Of a DNA stretch of 17,485 nt, positions 1 to 8,940 are shown piece by piece. Location: the NCBI RefSeq assembly GCF_006345805.1, contig NW_021824747.1:1-17485 (forward strand), given 5' to 3'. Under the pieces are notes generated by a model. That model worked only from the letters and a program-made list of their open reading frames with translations, had not been told where the DNA came from and did not search any database. Made by a program: the position numbers and the translations under genes. The DNA comes from Octopus sinensis (lineage: Eukaryota). How positions within the stretch are numbered: position 1 is the stretch's first letter; every line of letters starts with the position of its first letter.

Positions 1-127
1 GAAGAGCACAGAAAGTGGTGTCTAAAGCCAGCTGGAGACGATGATCTCCTGGGGCTATAAGCTTCAGTAATACCCACCCCCAGTGGCTAGCCACATTCAG
101 ATAGCTAGTACACTAGTACACTTTACG

Positions 128-218
128 TGTCGAGCGGTTACTGTTTACATCTCGTCCGGAGATTTATTAATGCTGTCGAGCGGTTACTGTTTACATCTGT
201 TCGGAGATTTATTAATGC
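128..218 (+). repeat. Tandem duplication, 2 x ~46 bp
   Basis: TGTCGAGCGGTTACTGTTTACATCT(C)GT(C/T)CGGAGATTTATTAATGC at 128-173 and 174-218. Confidence 0.9.
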
Positions 219-512
<294 letters not shown>

Positions 513-1139
513 ACATATAACTGAAATGGATTTAACTCTGTACGACACAAAATAATTAAATACCGGGTTAGTAGACAGTTGTGTAGGTGTATGTTTAATG
601 TGATAGAGTAAGTACATAAGATCTCATGTGGCTACAGACTGTTTCGTGGACTTATGTAATAGTAGAATAAATCAATGATGCATGCTTCTGTTCTTATCTT
701 TATCTTGCCGTGTGAGAATCCGGGAATTATTTAAGCAAGTTCGATGCATTTGGACTTAGCAGTGGTTAGATAACTCAGGTATTCGTCTGAAAAAAGTATG
801 TCTTTTCCCTTAGGGGAGTTTATTTTATTAAATAAAACAATTGAAGAAATGAATTCAGGTCGGAACACAACTTGATAGAGAGACGGGGAGATACTTAAAT
901 AGGTGGATAATGTTTTTCTATTTGATATTTAGGTTGAATCTGTAAAGGAAGTGTGCGCTTCTTAAACTCCTATATGCTGGTCTTTTGAAGGGGAAGACGT
1001 GGGAATGCTTATTTTCTAAGTAGTGAATGTGAAATTTAATGAAGCTAAGCTCTTTCTCAGCTTAGCAAATAAACATTTTTATTCAATCGAAATATGAGAA
1101 TTTAACAAGCAGATAAAAGGACAGATACACACACCCTCA

Positions 1140-1140
<1 letters not shown>

Positions 1141-1201
<61 letters not shown>
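1141..1201. repeat. (TTTC)n microsatellite
   Basis: Direct reading. Confidence 0.97.
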
Positions 1202-1253
1202 GCCCATGTCTTACTCATGAGTTACAGTTACACCTCAAACATGAAACATCGTC

Positions 1254-1736
1254 ATGACACGTAAATCTACAAGCAGATCTGAAGAAGGCATCCTCAACAC
1301 AATTCGTTCAGAAGATAATTGTCTTTGTCTTCTGAACAGATTATGTTGTACTAAATCTATTATCAACCGAACAGATGTCGAACGCCTTAAACCTAACCAA
1401 GGAAACACCATCAAGTGGAAACTAGGAATGACCGAAGTTAAATTAAAAATACGTTGTTTCAATCATTTAACTTCAGGAACACGGAAGAACGGCATACGAC
1501 TGAACTCGCCAACTACACCTGGGCGCTAAAAGAAGTGATCTCCAATTACAATAGAAAATAAAAATTAGTAAAACAATCTAGCCTCTACTGGAAAGAGAGT
1601 AACAATTGTACTTTGTGTAGTGCTAAAAGATAACTAATATTGAAGCCCTCGAGATAACAAGATATCTACCTCAATTCAAAATCAGAACAACAAGGAAAAT
1701 TTAAACACAAATGAAAATTAATCCTGAGAGCTTGGT
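1254..1736 (+). pseudogene. Degenerate Penelope GIY-YIG endonuclease fragment
   Basis: ORF 1254..1529 (NCLCLLNRLCCTKSII...KLGMTEVKLKIRCFNHLTS) continues after a frameshift as TELANYTWALKE..NY..K*KLVKQSSLYWKESNNCTLCSAKR*LILK..YLNSKSE..KHK*KLILRAW. Colinear with the GIY-YIG domain at 4009-4446. Confidence 0.75.
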
Positions 1737-1755
1737 CAGAATCATACCGAAAGTA

Positions 1756-2420
1756 TTAGGTTGTTTTACATGAAATGTCGTATTTGAAAAGTAACAATAA
1801 AATGTTTCAGAGGTGTTAGAGAACTGATTTATTTATTCAAAGTATGATCCATGTTCATTTATGACGTTTACCCAACATTTCTCTATGTCATATATTCCAT
1901 CTGTAACAAAAAAAAATCATCTTTTGCTGATAAACTGTCCGAATGCTTCAATTACCTCTTCTCTATTTAAGAATGTTTTATTGCTTCTGTAAAGCTCAAA
2001 ATGTTTAAATAAGTGATGATCAGTAGGAGAGATGTCAGGGGAATAGGGAGGATGTTGCAAAATCTCATACTTCAGGCTTTGCAACTTTGGGACCGAAGCT
2101 CGAGGAGTGTGAGGACGTGCATTGTCGTAGAGCAAAATTGGGCCATCTCTTTTCACTAGTCTGGGTTGCTTCTTTTTCACATTCTCATGCATACAATAAA
2201 TTTCCTGGCAATATGATGTTGCTGTTGCCGTTTTTCCTTTTGCAAAAATGAATAATGAATAATTCCCTCCGCAGACCATCATACAGTGTCTACTGACTTT
2301 TTAGGGGTACAATGGTAGGTTTGAGTAGTGTTTAGGTGATTATCCTGCATCTAATCACTGCCCTGTTCTCCTGCTGTTGTCAAAGCGTATCCATTTCTCA
2401 TTACAGGTCACCGTTTTTCT
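1756..2420 (-). mobile_element. Mariner (Tc1/mariner, DD34D) transposon relic with 3' TIR
   Basis: Minus strand: TVTCNEKWIRFDN (first D->N), LLYDNARPH, HPPYSPDISPTDHHLF, C-terminus DGIYDIEKCWVNVINEHGSYFE* (stop 1833-35), with stops and frameshifts. TA (1754-55) is followed by a mariner-type TIR start TTAGGTTG. 5' half absent. Confidence 0.9.
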
Positions 2421-2946
2421 TGTCCACCTCATAACTTGATTGAATAATTTCAATAACCCTCCTTACCCTCCCCCTTACTATTTTTATCTCCCCATCTCCG
2501 TACGTTGCTTCTCCACCTCATTTGTCTTTATTCTTGCATGAATTATAGTCCTAACACAACAGGGAAATCAAATTTGATAAAGCTTATAATACAGTCGATA
2601 TTATACTTTTCTCTTAGATATTTTAATAATCTTTATTAACATCATTGAAATCACCACTGAATCAACACTCAAACTAAATATCGTGAAAGCTCAAGAGTCC
2701 CGAGCACCCTCAAGAGTCCCTCACTCCTCATTAGTTTCACCGTATCAGGGGCTGTTAATACGTGTGTTATGTGTTCATATGGGATATCTGTGAATCTCTT
2801 TACATACCCCTTAAATTTACCACTGTTTACTGTACATACGCCCACCAACAAGTATGAAACTAGTTATCATTATTACCATTGTCATAGATATCGTAATTCT
2901 CTCCTGCCGTTCTCAATGTCATCACACCATTAGCATAACGTCTGTG

Positions 2947-3052
2947 TCATCAACATCACAGTCAGCATCATCGTCGTTGTTCACCTCCTCCTCCTCCTCC
3001 TCCCTCTTCTCTTCATTCTCCTCCACCTCCACCTCCACTTCATCATCATCTT
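2947..3052. repeat. Degenerate (TCA)/(TCC) trinucleotide tract
   Basis: Direct reading; explains the Ser-rich ORF 2854..3084. Confidence 0.85.
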
Positions 3053-3519
3053 CAGCTGGTGGTGGTCAGGGGCATTGCACATGACACTCACACTTAGTTG
3101 TTGTCACTTTTGTATGCTAGTATGAGCAAGTTATCAGTGCAGAAGTGATGAGAAGGATATGTGATCGGGTGGATCAGAATGTACTTAATAACCATAGAAA
3201 TCTATGGAAACTGGAGTCTGCTGTTCTCTGCCTTGAAACTACAATGTGATGTTCTTTTCTCTAAAAACCCGTTGGTGCCATAGCTACAACAACTCAGCCT
3301 TTAGTTCTGTACTCTCAGCCTCGCGTTATATGTTATTGTCCTTCAGTGAATTGATAAATTCCTTGGGATGCACCGGAGACAATTTAGTCGGTTATAACCG
3401 AGCCTCAAAATTTGCTGATCTGAGTTAGAAATTGCTATTTGTTTTATCGCTGTGAGCAATAATAGACGATTAGAGTAAATGCACACCACACACATTTCTA
3501 TATGCATGTGCATATGTGT

Positions 3520-3520
3520 G

Positions 3521-3564
<44 letters not shown>

Positions 3565-3651
3565 CGAAGACTAATGACACGTTTGAAACTGAGAGTACCA
3601 AGGAGTTTAAATCAAACTGTTTTGAGCCATATATATATATATATATATATA
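3520..3651. repeat. Two (TA)n runs (3520-3561, 3629-3651) flanking a short insert
   Basis: Direct reading. Confidence 0.9.
3561..3600 (+). ncRNA. Minimal hammerhead-like motif, same atypical core
   Basis: TGG-CCGAAGA-ctAATGacaCGTT-T-GAAA-CTGAGAGT-A-CCA: stem I TGG/CCA, weak stem II, stem III ACT/AGT, GUA triplet. Lies in a ~68 bp insert between two (TA)n runs. Confidence 0.35.
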
Positions 3652-3678
3652 AAATAATATGTTACATTACGTGATAGT

Positions 3679-3745
3679 CAAAATAAAACTCTGAGTTTCA
3701 GATGCCGAAGTGGGAATCCACGACGCCATCTCTTCGGTTATCTGG
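3679..3745 (-). ncRNA. Hammerhead-like motif, atypical core (CCGAAGA), at the Penelope 3' end
   Basis: Minus strand reads ccAGATAA-CCGAAGA-GATGGCG..CGGCATC-T-GAAA-CTCAGAGT-T-TTATTTtg: stem I AGATAA/TTATTT, stem II GATG.CG/CG.CATC, stem III ACT/AGT, GUU triplet. Same strand as and 3' of the GIY-YIG ORF, where PLE hammerheads are expected. Deviations: U4->C and an extra U before GAAA. Confidence 0.55.
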
Positions 3746-4008
3746 CTATTTGAAAACGCTATGAAAAAATACCATTATACAAAGGGAAATTACTGTGTTA
3801 TAACTCTGCTTGCCTGCGTACTTATACATCGCTATGTAAACGTACACATATTCACTCGCATTTATCGCCATAAAAAATTATATAAAAATACATAAAAAAT
3901 ATATAAAAATATATAAAAAATATACATAAAATATATATAAAAAATATATGATAGAAGGTATGATGAGGTAAAAAAACCCTTCTTGGGACATAACATAGGA
4001 AGCATGTT

Positions 4009-5143
4009 CTATCTGCTTTCTTTAGAGGACCAAAAACCTAACAGAAATTTAGTCACATATGGACATGATCCGAAAAGTTCTGTCCTTGAGTTTAGACATG
4101 TAGTAGGGTTTAAGCTGCTTTTCCAGATAAGCCATCTCTCCATGTCGCATAGACCGCACCTTCCGCTGCCGTTGGTATAGGGCTTACATTTGGCCAAAAT
4201 CTTCCAATGTATGTTATAATCGACACCTTTATCTTTTAAAGACCAAATGTGACTAGATAATTGTGTCGCTTTTCTTTTGTTCCAGTGCCTAAAGCTCAAA
4301 GTGTGGTTATTGAACCTGGCCTTGAAATTACCCTCTGTAAGGCCCACGTATTTCTTCGTCGAAACGGTGTCTTTAGTGGTTATAGAGTCTACGGTAGCTT
4401 CATATATGATGGTCTTGGACATGCAAGCTCCATTTAGCGGGCACAATTCTTTATTCCTGCATGAACAGCTGTTCTCTTGTGTTTTTTGTAGTTATGTTTG
4501 ATTATGTTTTTAAAATTGGTAGTGGAACTAAAACTAATTTTTAAATTGTGTCTATTGAAGAGTTTCCTATAAGTATGGTTAACTGGAAAATGTCTATCTA
4601 TCAGTGCTAGGAAATATTTACCTATATTGAAGGCCACCTCGGGTGAGTAAGGGGGTGTAAACCAGATGACCTTCCTATTTCTATTATTCCTTTTCCTTAC
4701 TGTTGGGCTGGTAACGGGTGTATATTTTATTTTTTCGCTAAAACCACTATCTTTTAAAGCCTTATTATAAACTGGGGCAACGCTATTAAAGGTGTCCTTA
4801 TCAGAGGAGAGGCTAGAGATCCTCTTACTAATATTTTAAACTAAAATTTGAATTACTATAGGGGATGGCATGAACCTACATAATATAACTTAGTCTATCA
4901 TTGGGCTTCCTATAGGCTTATAAATATTCTTATTAAGATCTAGGAAACGTCTAAGAATTGACAACCGTCAGGTTAGTATCTATAGTTACACTAAGTCCGA
5001 AGTATTTCATTAACTGGATAATATCCTTCCTAAAACGATCTTGTGCTGGTCCATTTGTATGTTAAGGCGAGGGCATCATCTTTGTAGATGGCGAAAAGTA
5101 CGTCAGGGAATGTCTTACCTAAGGTATCTAGGAGAAAAATCCA
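4009..5143 (-). pseudogene. Penelope RT / GIY-YIG endonuclease polyprotein remnant
   Basis: ORFs 4009..4446 (GIY-YIG: IIY...YVG, R, H, CxxC, LN) and 4434..4637 (RT thumb/linker) join via a frameshift near 4490. Upstream RT part has several -1 frameshifts and one in-frame TAA (~4836-4838). Confidence 0.88.
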
Positions 5144-5587
5144 AATTGTGAAGTCAGTTATGTAATAACCTGAAATTAATTACCCGATAGTAAGAATTCA
5201 AATAAGGTAGTACCGAAAAGAGCTTTAATACGTTCCCAGAGTATATAGAACTTAGGAGGAAATGTATACTAAATAAGGCATGTATACTAAATTCGTGAAG
5301 CATGTTACATAATAACTGGTTAATTAGATATGCGATAATAACAATTCAAAGTAAACAACTCTGACAAAAGCATTTATACGTTCGCAGAGAATATTACTCT
5401 CAGTGGCGCTAGTGTTGGTATATTCGTGAATAAGTCACTAATCGAAATAAATGGATCTATTGTTTAGGAATATAATGTTTATTTGTTTAAGCGTTGTACT
5501 GGATAAATTGCGAAAATAACTCAAATAGTTTAAATACTAAGAAATAAGCATATTCAATTTGATTTATACAAAATAATTTACGAACAT

Positions 5588-5654
5588 GAATGGGTTATTT
5601 CCCTTGGCCATATATAAGGATCCCTTTCAGGAGCGAATGGGTTATTTCCCTTGG
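5588..5654 (+). repeat. 20 bp direct repeat
   Basis: GAATGGGTTATTTCCCTTGG at 5588-5607 and 5635-5654. Confidence 0.85.
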
Positions 5655-5870
5655 TTGTTTAAAAACAATATATTAGTTATATGTAGTAGATATAAACATC
5701 GCTTCCAGGGACCTTATCGATTTTTACAACAATCTAAGTATGCCACTAGTTTTCCAGACATAATTCCTACTGTGTCCTACTAAGTTTCATCAAAATCGAT
5801 AAAACCATGTAGGAGGAGTTAGATAACAATGCCACAAACAAACACATCCACAAATTTCCACATGTGTAGT

Positions 5871-5879
5871 ACACACACG

Positions 5880-5951
<72 letters not shown>

Positions 5952-6120
5952 CGTATACTGTAAATGCTGCCTGTCATTCGGATGTCAGAAACTAAATGTA
6001 AGGGAGAATGTAAAAATCTAAAAATAAACAACAATAATGTAATGAAATGAACCTAAAGAAATATCTTGCTGTTGATCTGAGATATTGCATTCTTATTAGA
6101 TTGGAATACATTGTGACACA

Positions 6121-6176
<56 letters not shown>

Positions 6177-6365
6177 ACACACACACAACACACACACATA
6201 TCAACAAGTTGAATATGCATGGCAACGACATAATTATAAATAAGGCAGAAAGGAGAAATCATAAGAGAGATAGATAGAAAGATAGATAGATAGAGTGAGA
6301 GAGAGAGTGAAAGAGAGACAGGGAAAGAAAGAGAGAAAAAGAAAGGATGAGAGAGTGTGAGAGAG
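5871..6365. repeat. (CA)n at 5871-5949 and 6116-6197; (GATA)/(GA) tract at 6264-6365
   Basis: Direct reading. Confidence 0.92.
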
Positions 6366-6687
6366 TAGTGGTTGTGAATGAGAAACATCAATGTAAATAT
6401 GCGCTCAGAATGCTAAAAATAACATAGGGAAATATAGTCGGAGATATGCCTGAATATAAAGAAGGGATGGTTATGGTAAGAGAAATTGATCCAGGTCTAT
6501 TATTATTGCTGTGGAACGTACACAATAACAACCACAATACTAACAAACCTTATATCTATATAAATGTATGTATGTATATAAGTATGTAGGCATGTATGTC
6601 TACACTCCACAACAACGTATTGAGCAATCTTTCAGTTTCATGTTAAGTTGTATTTTAATATAACTTGATATAAAACCATAAACCTTA

Positions 6688-6757
6688 GTACTTTTTGCGG
6701 CGGTACTGCAGCATGACCACAGACTCTGGCTGAAATCGATAATAGAATAATAAAATG
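6688..6757 (+). mobile_element. SINE family A 3' fragment
   Basis: GGCGGTACTGCAGCATGACCACAG..TGGCTGAAA..AATAGAATAATAAAA resembles the family A tail GGCGGTGCTCCAGCATGGCCGCAG..TGACTGAAACAAGTAAAAG. Confidence 0.5.
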
Positions 6758-6761
6758 ACTC

Positions 6762-6774
6762 TGTGTGTGTGTGT

Positions 6775-6814
<40 letters not shown>

Positions 6815-6830
6815 GTGTGTGTGTGTGTGT
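6762..6830. repeat. (TG)n microsatellite
   Basis: Direct reading. Confidence 0.95.
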
Positions 6831-7149
6831 TTATGAAAGCTTCAATAGTAACCAGAGCCACCGTGGGTGTCTCTATACGCGGTCGTTCTTTCTATAAGAG
6901 TTAGAAACCAAATCTCTTGAAATGACAGTCTTTAAAAAGCAAATGAAGGACACATTACACAATGTGGTCGTAGATATACGAGACGACATAATAACGGCTG
7001 TTGAGCAAAGGCCTGGTGGAGCATGACAACTGGGGCTAAAGAATAGCTCAATATGTTGGGCTGGCATGACTAATCTAAAGCTAAACAACTGAATATGTTG
7101 GGTAACAAAATACGTTAATCGTGTCGATATAATTGTTTGCTCTAAAGCA

Positions 7150-7335
7150 TCAAGCTGGCAGTATCGTCAGCACAACGGGCAAAATGCTTAGCATTTCGTC
7201 TGTCTTAATGTTCTGAGTTCAAATTACACCGAGGTCGACATTGTCTTTCATCCCTTCGGGGTCGATAAAATAACAAGTTGAACTAGGGAGTCGATGTGAT
7301 GGACTTACTCCTCAGTCAGAATTTGAAACCAGTAT
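7150..7335 (+). mobile_element. tRNA-like SINE, family B
   Basis: GCTGGCAG.ATCGT.AGC (A box-like), GAGTTCAAAT (B box-like), CCGAGGTCGAC.TTG.CTTTCATCC.TTCGGGGTCGATAAAAT, GTCGATGTGAT.GACTTAC, TTTGAAACC. Related copies at 11145-11340 and 11346-11860. Confidence 0.75.
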
Positions 7336-7919
7336 AAGTGATCGCTGTGAGGAGTGAAAAACCTGACATTTTAGCTTTCATACCATTATAATAGAACGCG
7401 TTAAAATCTGAAACGCATCCTTGCGCATTTGCTAAGTTTTCTGATTTTTCACTTATTTTTTTATGTCACCAAACTCGGGGGCGGTACCATAACAACATGG
7501 ACATTATAAAAGAAACAGTGTCGTTATTTAGAAGGAATCTCTCTCATCCCCAAACTATCATTATGAACGATTTTGTATAAGCAATCTATAACAAACATCA
7601 CAATAAACTTCAATAAAATAAATAGCTATTTTGATTTATGGTTTCAGAATTTACATAAAATATTGGGATTTTTTTTTTTTTGGCTCATGAAGATATTCAA
7701 TGTGGTTTTTCTCATGAAAAAGATCTCATTTTCTCTGTGGAATTTTTATCGATATATCATCTGAAACTGATTTAAGAAAGCAGAAATATTGTAAAGACGG
7801 AAGAGAAAGTTTGAATTATTAAAAAAAGAATCGATGTTTGCTTTAAACAACAAATTACGCTCCTCTCACTTCGCAGTGATTGTACGTTTACTTCAACAGC
7901 ATAAAATTATCAGCATATA

Positions 7920-8076
7920 GACACAGACATGACTACATATTTAAGAATACTACTATGTACCAACTTGGTTTTGAGTTCAGTCCTACAAGGGGCACCTTAG
8001 GCTATTTTCTTCTACAACAGCCCCGAAACGACTAATGCCTTGTGAGTGAATGTGGAAGACAGAGACAGTGTGGCAG

Positions 8077-8078
<2 letters not shown>
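7920..8078 (+). mobile_element. SINE family A, old diverged copy, 5' half
   Basis: GAGTTCAGTCC..GGCACCTTAGG..TCTTCTAC..AGCCCCG..GCCTTGTGAGTG..AGACAGAGAC matches the family A head with many substitutions. Confidence 0.7.

Positions 8079-8150
<72 letters not shown>
8079..8150. repeat. (CA)n microsatellite
   Basis: Direct reading. Confidence 0.95.
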
Positions 8151-8152
<2 letters not shown>

Positions 8153-8158
8153 ATATAT

Positions 8159-8544
8159 TGGCAAGTAGGTTGCTTACCAACCACATGGTTTCTGGTTCAT
8201 TCCCACTGCGTGGAACTTTGGACAAGTGTCTTCTACTATAACCTCGGGTCGACCAAAGCTTTGTGAGTAGATTTGGTAGACAGAAACTGAAAGAAGCCCG
8301 TCGTATATATGTATATATATGTATGTGTGTGTATATGTTTGTGTGTCTGTGTTTGTCCCCCCAACATCACTTGACAACCGATGCTGGTGTGTTATCGTCC
8401 CCGTAACTTAGCGGTTCGGTAAAAGAACCGATAGAATAAGTATTAGACTTCCAAAGAATAAGTCCTGGGGTCGATTTGTCGACTAAAGGTGGTGCTCTAG
8501 CATGGCCGAAGTCAAATGACTGAAACAAGTAAAAGAGTAAAAGA
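8159..8544 (+). mobile_element. tRNA-derived SINE, family A, young copy with slight 5' truncation
   Basis: Colinear with the reverse complement of 16598-17000; B box-like GGTTCATTCCC; tail AAGTAAAAGAGTAAAAGA. Confidence 0.88.
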
Positions 8545-8576
8545 TATATATATACACGTGTGTACGTGTATATGTA

Positions 8577-8581
<5 letters not shown>

Positions 8582-8623
<42 letters not shown>
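8582..8623. repeat. (TG)n microsatellite
   Basis: Direct reading. Confidence 0.95.
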
Positions 8624-8626
<3 letters not shown>

Positions 8627-8629
8627 CAT

Positions 8630-8815
8630 GGCCTCTGTCGTTTGACAACCGCTGTTGGCTTGCTTAAGTCTCCGTAATCTTGCAGTTTTGTAAAAACAAA
8701 CATTAGAATAAATACCGGACTTCAAAAATAAATCCTGGCGTTGTTGTGTTCGACTATACCCTTCAAAATGTGCCTCGGGATGACCACAACCCAGTAATTA
8801 AACAAAATGAAATAC
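8630..8815 (+). mobile_element. SINE family A, old diverged copy, 3' half
   Basis: TTGACAACCG.TGTTGG..GTCTCCGTAA..TAGAATAAATAC..GACTTC..AATAAATCCTGG..TCGACTA matches 8370-8540. Confidence 0.7.
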
Positions 8816-8891
8816 AGTCCTCAGAAACTACCCGAGCATGACCCAAAATAATGTGCATAAATACATACATGCATACATAATGTATACACCA

Positions 8892-8894
<3 letters not shown>

Positions 8895-8938
<44 letters not shown>

Positions 8939-8940
8939 TT
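8895..8940. repeat. (TA)n microsatellite
   Basis: Direct reading. Confidence 0.95.

Larger units (their letters stand above)
3655..5143 (-). mobile_element. Penelope-like retroelement, 5'-truncated (RT C-terminal part, GIY-YIG endonuclease, 3' pLTR-like region with hammerhead-like motif)
   Basis: Minus-strand translation across frameshifts: IFLLDTLGKTFPDVLFAIYKDD (YKDD 5075-5086), VNFLDVSLDL..YKPYRKPND, HP, RKVIWFTPPYS, HFP..HTYRKLFNRHNLKISFS, then SCSCRNKELCPLNGAC..IIYEATV..KYVGLTEGNFKARFNNH..SF..LSSHIW..CGLCDME..LNSRTE. Ends at a (TA)n run. Confidence 0.92.

Noticed and set aside
1-45. GAAGA-GCAC...GTGT-CTAAAG-CCAGCTGG, a possible truncated hammerhead at the window start
   Set aside because: Core cut by the window edge, GAAA and NUH not intact; cannot be supported.
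128-218. Repeat pairs as a CRISPR-like array (also 5588-5654)
   Set aside because: Only two units, no spacer series, eukaryotic context and no cas genes.
2854-3084. Signal-peptide-like, Ser-rich 76 aa ORF
   Set aside because: Derived from low-complexity ATT/TCA/TCC tracts, with no other gene evidence.
4277-4501. Plus-strand ORFs over the Penelope element (also 3983-4180, 3710-3895)
   Set aside because: Antisense shadows of the GIY-YIG region and 3' UTR.
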